A DNA stretch of 55,702 bases, the filler included, from Jimgerdemannia flammicorona (Eukaryota), in NCBI GenBank assembly GCA_003990765.1. It is 2 parts of 2 records of this genome, joined end to end, with 100 filler letters (N's around TTAATTAATTAA, not from the genome) between each part and the next. Parts side by side here need not be neighbours in the genome. Positions count along the whole stretch, not along the records: positions 27,903 to 55,702 come from RBNJ01000601.1; 1 more part is not named here. The stretch is one strand, 5' to 3'. The stretch's first letter is position 1; each line of letters opens with the position of its first letter. Positions 47,361 to 55,702 of this stretch are shown here, piece by piece. The notes below the pieces were generated by a model. That model saw only the letters and a program-made list of their open reading frames with translations. It made no database searches and was not told where the DNA came from. The position numbers were made by a program, and so were the translations under genes.

Positions 47361-49262
47361 ATGATGTACAAAATAAATCCCGCAGAAAAACCCATACTCA
47401 GCGCGATGGCAATCGTCCTCCTCAGCTACCTCTTGATCCGCGCAACAACAAGTCGCAAACCCAAGCTGGTCGTCCAGCCCTGGAACAACAGACCTATTCT
47501 CACCATCAAGGAAATGATTTACCCGCCCCAAGAGGATCCGTGGAAGAAGCTCGTCACTATCGGCCAGGACCCTCGCAATTACCCGCTCTGCGCCATCCCC
47601 AGCCTCTTCGGCGGAGAGCCAAATCTGGTCGTTAATGATGTCGACTTGATGAAGGAAGTCTTGATCCAAGGACAGTCCTATGGCCATGGCGAACAAAAAA
47701 TGGCGAGATCTAAAATTATAATCGACCTGAGTTACTACCTCTTTGGAGGATGGCACATCGGAAACTCAACCGGTCACGTAAGTCTTTTGGTTTCTGTTAT
47801 TTTTTGCCTTTGAGCTGGATTTCTGGAATTGTTAGCAATGTCCATTCATTTCACTATCTAACAGTTGACGCTCCCTCCACCAACTGCGCACAGGAATGGA
47901 AATGGCGTCGCCAGGCCTATTCGCCATCCTTCCAGCCGAGATTTCTCGTTCCAGCCTTGCTTCCTTATGCCATCGAACGCGTCAACAAACTCAACGAAGA
48001 GCTTGCCAAATTCGCAGCCGCAGGAGAGGCCGTGGAGTTGGATGGCAGGATGAGTGATGTTACGTTCGACATCATTTGCAAATACTGCTTCGGTTATGCC
48101 GATGAGGATCTCAATTTCCAAGACGTCAACGGCAGGGAAAGCCCCAAGGTAGAAAATCGATCTTCCTCTTTCGCATGCGTCACCTTTTTTCTTTCAGTGG
48201 GATTAAGAGCCATTTTGACCTTTTAAAATTGGAAATGGTATCAACGACCCTTGCAGAATGACTTCATCGCTCTCCTTAAAGGCGTCGCCTCCGTCTACCC
48301 CCGCATTCCCATAATCAAGCACACCGAATGGGGTCAGCGTGGCTACAAGCCTGCCCGCGAGCGCCTTGTCGCCTTTACCAATTGCGCCATTAAAAAATCC
48401 CTCGCCCAGCCCGACCTTTTCCTCGATAGCAATACCGACAAGCCACACTTCCGCCCTCTAGTTCACGAGCTTGCCAAGAATACCAACTTCGAGGAGGGCA
48501 CCGATCATAGCCTCGGCAGGGATATCCTTGCTATAATATTTGCGGGACATGACACTACCTCGCATACATCTTCGTTCGCATTCGGTGCTATCGCCCAGCA
48601 TCCTGAGGTCCAGCAGCGCCTTTATGAGGAGATCAGAGGTCAGTTAGGACCTAGCCCGATCGATCTCGCTGCTTTGACGACCGAGTCATTGGGAAGTATG
48701 AAGTATTTGACGGCAGTAATTAAGGAGGTCATGAGGATGTATCCGATCCTCAATTTCTCATTTACCGAGGCTCTCAAGGATACAACTTTAGGCGGAATGG
48801 CCGTTCCAGCTGGTACGTTATTCAAAACTTCTCGGCTCCCTTGCGCGTACAATATCGTATTGAACGTAATTTTGCAATCCCGTTCCTAATCATTTGCCAC
48901 CTTATCACACATCAGGAACCCTCATAGTAGCAAACTTCCGCGGCGTTCAAATGAACCCCAAAATCTTCCCGAACCCCGAAAAATTTGACCCGACCCGCTG
49001 GCTCGAAAATGCCGACACCAACACTTTCCAGGATGTCGACCACAATGCGACCAAATCCTCCAAACCTGAGCTCGTCTTCGGCCTTGGTCCGCACGCCTGC
49101 CTCGGCCGAAATCTTGCCTGGCTCGAGCTCCGTATCTTGATTGCCGCAGTCGTGAACAAGTTCGAACTCAAGCTTAAGGAGGGAACCACACTCGATACTT
49201 ACACATTTTTCACTATGCTACCCAAAGATGGCGTTTGGGTCACGTTGAAGGAACGTGTTTAA
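47361..49262 (+). CDS. Cytochrome P450 (paralog B), intact, 523-524 aa; exons 47361-47777, 47894-48148, 48257-48812, 48916-49262
   Basis: Same exon sizes (255, 556, 347 nt) and motifs as paralog A (AGHDTT, KEVMR, FGLGPHACLG). The spliced frame is open. Confidence 0.95.
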
Positions 49263-50029
49263 ACCGCTGGAGACAAAGTCTTAAATATCCTTGGTAGTAA
49301 GGGTTGGGATAGACCTAAATAGACTTCAGTTTCGACCAGGTAATATGTCCTTTCGAGCTTTTCCTTTTTGCTCAAACATGGTTATGGATAGAATGTAACA
49401 CTTAAATAATGATCACTTAATTCCGATTATTCAAACATTTTTTCTGTAAATAAACCACCTTTGCACATTTCCAAAACAAACTGTCATTCGGTACTCAATT
49501 GCTCCAACTGTGCGCCTATGCCAACCGTAAGCGATCTCGAATTTATTTTAAAGCCACGGATGGCAATCGATCATTGTAATCTCATATCGGATTAAAAAAA
49601 GCATGTTCTCGCTGTCGGTCAGTTGTAGCTTTTTCACCGTCCCAGGGATGGAAGATTATAAACCTACGCCCAAGTGACTACAGAAGCAGAGTTGGAGCTA
49701 CTGAGTCGGGAAATTGATCGTAGGACAACTATAAAAATGATAGCATTTACGAAATCGCTGTATCGTGGTATAATCTAGGCTACTCCACAATCGCCTGACA
49801 TAACCCCCGGAAAATGCAATCTAAAATCCCACAACAAAAATTACGTAATGGCGCTACACAGCCATCCGGGAATCTGCGCATTACAGGGATCAACAACCTG
49901 CGATTGTGCATACAGTATTTGGGCTGCCTTCCTTGACTAGTGGCCTTTCCGGCAAGGTAGTGCCATCACAGAGTTTCGCAAAGGTCGTCTCTGACTTGGT
50001 GATTCGTGCTATCTTTACAACGCGGACAA

Positions 50030-50623
50030 ACATTTTTGGCGGTGGAAAGTCAAATCTATTCATCAATGATGTCGACCGGATGAAGGAAGTCTACATCCAA
50101 GGACAGTCCTATAGCCATGGCGAACAAAAAATGGGGAGACCTAGATTCGCAATCGACCTTAGGCTACTACTTTTTTGGAGAATGGCACATCGCCAACTCA
50201 ACCGGTCACGTAATTAATTCAAATGGATTCTGCTTCATTTTTTAGTTTTAGTTTTAGTTTTAGTTTTATTTACTTTATTTTATTTTGGAATTGTTAACAA
50301 GGGCTATTAATTTCACTATCTAATAATTGACGCTCCCTAACACTGACTGCGCACAGGAATGGAAATGGCGTCGCCAGGCCCATTCACCTCCCTTCTAGAC
50401 CAGATTTCTCGTTCCAGCCTTGCTTCCTTATGTCATCGAACGCGTCAACAAATTCAACGAAGAGCTTGCCAAATTCGCAGCCACAGCAGGATGAGCGATG
50501 TTACGCTCGACATTATTTGCAAATACTGCTTCGGTCATGCCGATAAGGAATTAGATTTCCAAGATGTCAACGGCAGGGAAAACCTTAAGGTAGGAAAATC
50601 AATATTAATATTTTGCAGGTGTG

Positions 50624-50658
<35 letters not shown>

Positions 50659-51438
50659 TGGGATTCAGAGTCATTCTGACCTTTTAAAAATGAAAATGAC
50701 ATTAACGACCCTCGCAGAGTGACTTCTCGCCCTCTTTAAAGGCTTCGCCTCCGTCTACCCCTGCATCCCCGTCATCAAGCACACCGAATGGGGTCAGCGC
50801 GCCTACAAGCCCGCCCGCGAGCGCCTTGATGCCTTTATCAATTGCGCCATTGAGACGTCACTCGCCCAGCCCGACCTCTTTCTCGACAGCACTACCGACA
50901 AGCCCTCAATTTACGAGCTTGCCAAGAAATCCAAGGGCACCGATCGTAGCCTCGGCAAGGACATTCTTGCCGTAATCTTTGCGGTATATGACACTACCTC
51001 GCATACATCTTCGTTCGCATTCGGTGCTATCGCCCAGCATCCTGGGGTCCGGCAGCGCCTTTTTGAAGAGATCAGGGCTTGGCTTCCTTGCGCGTACAAT
51101 ATCGTATTGAACGTAATTTGCAATCCCGTTCCTAACCATTTGTCACCTTATGACACATCAGAACCCTCATAGTAGCAAACTCCCGCGACGCCCAGATGAA
51201 CCCCAACATCTTCCTGAACCCCGAAAAGTTGGACCCGACCCACTGGCTCGAACACGCCGACGCCACCGCCTTCCAGGACGTCGACCACAAATGCGACCAA
51301 CTCCTCCAAACCTGAGCTCGTCTTTGGCCTTGGTCCGCACGCCTGCCTCGGTCGTAATCTCACCTGACTCGAGCTCAAGAGAACCACACTCGATACTTGC
51401 ACGATTTTAACAATGTGACGTTGAAGGAACGTGATTAA
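50030..51438 (+). pseudogene. Cytochrome P450 pseudogene (paralog C)
   Basis: Lacks the 5' part of exon 1. Has frameshifts, AGHD changed to AVYD, and a deletion removing the ExxR region and the third donor site (junction near 51077). Premature TGA after the heme motif. Confidence 0.92.
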
Positions 51439-53975
51439 ACTGCCGGAGTCGGAGCCTTAAATGTCTTTGGTGGTTGGGTTGGGATAGACCTAAACTTCAG
51501 TTTCGACCAAGTTATAAGCTTTTCTTTTTTGTTCCAACATGATTGTAGCCAGCACGTAGCTCTTAAATGATGATCATTTAATTCCGATCCATAGAATTTT
51601 CTCAAACCATTAGATGGACTCCTTTCAAAAAAAAAAAAAAAAAAAAAAAGATCTGTAATTACACTACCTTTGATATGCACATTTCCCAACCACAATGCCA
51701 TTCAGTACTCAATTGCTCTAACTGTGCGCTTATACCAAACGCAAGTGATTCCAAATTTAACCTAAGGCCGCGGATTGAAATCGTTCCTTGTCAATTTCAT
51801 ATCCGACATTTTAAGGATTAAAGAATTCCATGTTCTCGTTTATCATTGGGGAGATTGATGCCTGCGGCCCAAGTCTGATAGATGGTTGAATGGAAGCACG
51901 GATGAATGGATGGATGAATGGATGGAGAAAAATTGTGCAAGAGAGAGTTGGTCGTTGCGTTCGTCTGCTTATCAGTGGACCCTGATGGTTTTCACATATA
52001 AAATTCAATGGTCCACAATTGCACATAAATTCGCGCAGAACATTCAGTCCCATAATCTCGGTTTCTAGAACAGGCAATGAGCATATTTGCATTTGTCATT
52101 AAAATGTTACATAGTTGTTTCATTGATATTGTTTTTATTTTTCCAACAAAATCGATTGTTACCGCATGATGGACCGTTCACTTTCAGTAATCATAAATGC
52201 TTATTTCTGTTAAACACACGATATCTGTGATATATACCCCAGGTGTTCAGATCAATTAACACTGGTGTGGTGAGTTATATTGATAGCCGGCATTTAGTGA
52301 CATCAACAACATTGCAATCAGCTAGATTTCTCCTAGATTGTATACGCAGGCATTTTTCAGAAGGATTCGTCCGTCCGCCTGGTGAGGAACATGAGCAGAA
52401 TCGACATCCTGGTTAGGCACACCTGCCGCTACAGCAGCCCCTGCTGGGTCGGCCGTTCGGTTTTAATCCAAGGCGTGTAGGCTAGTTCGAGGAACTGCCG
52501 TGTTCGCAAATCAAATAGGACGATGATTTCTTCGTGGACGGTTATGGGTAGTTGGGTGAAGTGCATTGCGGACAAAATGGGGAGTGTTGCGTCATGCCAT
52601 CTAACTTGATGGCATCCGTAAGTATATACTTCTTCCGCCTCATACTTGACGATGTCTTGCACTCTCTTCCCGTATGTTCGTTTCGCCAAACCATTTGGCG
52701 AGTTCCATTCTCCACCCCAGGCTCTCACCCCTCGGCTGGCAGCGAGGCGGCACACATCGTTGGTGTCACTGGCCAAAATTTGGTACGAGGCTCCTTTGCA
52801 ACACTTCACTGTCGCAGTTTTTGTATGCGCAAAGTGGTCGTAGACTGCCCGAGTAATGTTCGCCTCACTGACAGCAGAAGGAAACGAGGACGAAAACCTA
52901 CGTATGCACAACATATATACGCTCTCTCTCTCTCTATGCAGCAGCAGAAGGACGGACGGCACTGAGATAAGGTGGAGTCGGAACGTTTTCGGGTGCACCG
53001 TGAACTACCACAAGCGCATACCATTTACAGTCGTTACCTCGACTGTTTTTTGTATACTAAATGTGGAGGAACACTGCCATATTAGAGAAGAATGAATGTC
53101 AGCAAGTGAACTGACGTGTTCACATGAGTTCGAGTGTGACGAGACGGTTGGTGTTTCTCGGACCTATCGCTATAATGAATTGTGGAAATTGGCATATCAA
53201 TATCGAGGATTTTGACGCCGACAGTAAAATAATTATTTCTGGCATTGACATAAGAAACTGCGTTGTGAATTCATTACAATAACGTTAACCTAATGAATGT
53301 ATTCTTAAAATTCTTCAAGACGTTCTCGCTATGTTGGCACAGTTTGTGAACCTTACAAAGTAATATACCGACAAAAATCTCGACCATTATCTCGTTGTCA
53401 TGATTTTTGTATTTCTCACGACCTCTTGCTATTATCGATTGATGTCATATGTATATTTACAACTCGTCATCAATGCAATACGTCACTATGTGGCTTGTGT
53501 TCTACGTAATCAATCGCAACGCAATGTTTGCAATATCAATAGAAATGCAAAAACCATATAACTACAACAAAATTAAAGCTCGACAAGTACCGTAAGCGAA
53601 TTGTGACTTATGGAAATGAAATAGGACATCCGAAATACAAAAAAAAAAAACCGCTGAATGAGTCAGGTTGCTGGGAGGAACGTCCTCTTAGAGACGTCAC
53701 TAATCAACACGTGGTTGAACCATGCCAAAGAAGAAATCCACGCGAGTAGTACGATCAGTGCTGTCTCTCTCTCTCTCCCTCTATAAATCCGCTTGGCGAA
53801 TTGTTCCTCCCTTTTGATCTTTCCGTTCGGGAATATCAACGACCCCGCCTTTTTTCTCCGAGAATCCCTGTATGATAGACAATGAGCTCATCACAAAAAT
53901 TAACCTCATTCCTACGGTCCCATTCCTTTGACCATCAATAGCGAAAGCTAGATACACACCATCGCTTGCGACAAA

Positions 53976-54867
53976 ATGTACACAATCAACCCCGCAGAAC
54001 AACCCATACTCACCGAGACGGCAATCGTCCTCCTCAGCTATCACCTAATCCGCGCCGCAACATCAAGGCGCAATCCTAAGCTGGTGGTCCAGCCCTGGAA
54101 CAGCAAACGCATGCTGAGCATCAAGGAAATGATTTACCGCCTCAGGAGGATCCGTGAAAGAAGCTCGTCACCATCGGCCAGGAATCTCGCAATTACGCAC
54201 TCTGCGCCATTCACGGCCTCTTCGGCGGAGAGCCAAATGTGGTCGTCAATGATGTCGACTTAATGAAAGATATCATGATCCACGGACAGTTCTTAGCCAT
54301 GGCGAACTAAAAATGGCGAGACCTAAAATTATTCGACCTGCACTACTATATACCTCTTTGGAGGAAACTCAACCGTACCACTTTAGGCGGAATGGCCGTT
54401 CCAGCTAGTAAGTTCGTTATCCCAAACTCCCTTGCGCGTACGAAATTGTGTTGAACAACTTTACAATCGCCAATCCCATGTCTAACAATTCGTTACCTTA
54501 TCACACTATGACAGGAACTCTCATACTTACAAGCTTCTGCGGCGCTCAGATGAATCCCAACCTCTTCCCGAACCCCGAAAAATTTGACCCGACCCGCTGG
54601 CTCGATCACCCCGACGTCGACGCCGGCGCATTCCAGGACGTCGACCACACTGCGACCAAATCCTCCAAACCTGAGCTCGTCTTTGGCCTCGGTCCGCACG
54701 CCTGCCTTGGCTGAAATCTCGCGTTGCTCGAGCTTCGTATCTTAATCGCCGCAGTCGTGAACAAGTTCGAGCTCAGTCTCAAGGAGAGAACTACACTGGA
54801 TACTTACACCATTTTAACCATGCTTCCCAAGGATGGTGTGTGGGTCACGTTGAAAGAACGTTATTAA
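53976..54867 (+). pseudogene. Cytochrome P450 pseudogene (paralog D)
   Basis: Exon 1 is frameshifted. An approximately 1-kb deletion joins the end of exon 1 to the end of exon 3 (AACTCAACCG|TACCACTTTAGG near 54375). TGA follows HACLG directly. Confidence 0.92.
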
Positions 54868-55374
54868 ACCGTCGGAGTCCGAGTCTTAAATGTCCTTGGT
54901 GGTCGGGGTCGGGATAGACCCAAATAAACTTCAGTTTCGACCGGATTATATGTCCTTTCGAGCTTTTCCTTTTTCCTTAAACATTACTATGGACACCACG
55001 TAACTCTTAAGTAATGAGCATTTAATTTCAATCCGTAAATGCTCTTCTTTCAAACATTTATTCTGTAAATAAACAACCTTTGAAATGTATATATACATTT
55101 CCTATAGCAATCGTTCCTTGAAATCTCATATCTGACAATTTAAGGATTAAAAGAATGCATGTCCTCTTTGTAGCTTTGGTTACAGCAACTAGAGATATTT
55201 GAATCTAAATCTTACCTAATGGCCAGTGGCGTGCTCCCAGCTATCTCGGTCGCTGACCGCTTGTTTGTTTGCGGAGATGCATAGTTTTTTCACCATCGGA
55301 GGGAGGAGGGGAAGGGAGATTATAAACCTGTGCCTCTGGGTGGCTTTTTATGGTTGAGGAAAGACACGAGTGTG

Positions 55375-55460
55375 AATGGATGGATATGGATGGATATGGA
55401 TAGATGGATGGATGGAAGAAAGAATAGATGGATGGATAGGAGGGAGGGAGGGAGGGAAGG
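55375..55460. repeat. Degenerate (GGAT)n/(GGGA)n microsatellite; related tract at about 51880-51925
   Basis: Read directly. Both tracts lie in duplicated 3' flanks of P450 pseudogenes. Confidence 0.8.
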
Positions 55461-55702
55461 CGACTGTGCAATAGAGTCGTTGCGCACGTCTCTGTCAGCT
55501 TGCTTGTCAGGGTTTGCATGTTGGACTCACAGTGCTTCACTATTGCACAGAATTTGCGAGGAATGCCGCTCCCATTATCACAGTTTCTCGAACAGGCGAT
55601 GAGTGTATAGACCTTTGCTGCTAAAATATTTCGTTATTATTTTCTTGGTTTTGCTCAGGGCTTCTTTTGCTCCTTATCACGCGTGGAACACCCCCCCCCC
55701 CC

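Overview
Eukaryotic DNA, most likely fungal. An early-diverging lineage is suggested by the Crinkler-type domain, GT-AG introns and TE repertoire, but this is inference only. Two contigs are joined by an artificial 100-bp N/TTAATTAATTAA spacer at 27803-27902. Most of 1-33.9 kb and 38.5-45.9 kb is a nest of decayed transposons: (a) two head-to-head Ty3/Gypsy (chromovirus-like) elements with a dUTPase directly after the Gag zinc knuckle; (b) a second Gypsy family (two members) sharing an unrecognised ORF3 after integrase, whose full-length member has a dUTPase between protease and RT; (c) an intron-containing hAT/BED transposon with palindromic MITE derivatives; (d) Tx1/L1-like LINEs. There are also ankyrin, Crinkler and TPR pseudogene fragments. 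The only clearly intact host genes are two 4-exon cytochrome P450s, part of a tandem array of four (two are pseudogenes), whose differences cluster in substrate-recognition sites. Heavy C>T/G>A mutation of the repeats visibly spreads from an LTR element into flanking host DNA but spares the duplicated P450 exons. All calls come from manual translation and alignment; no database searches were run.
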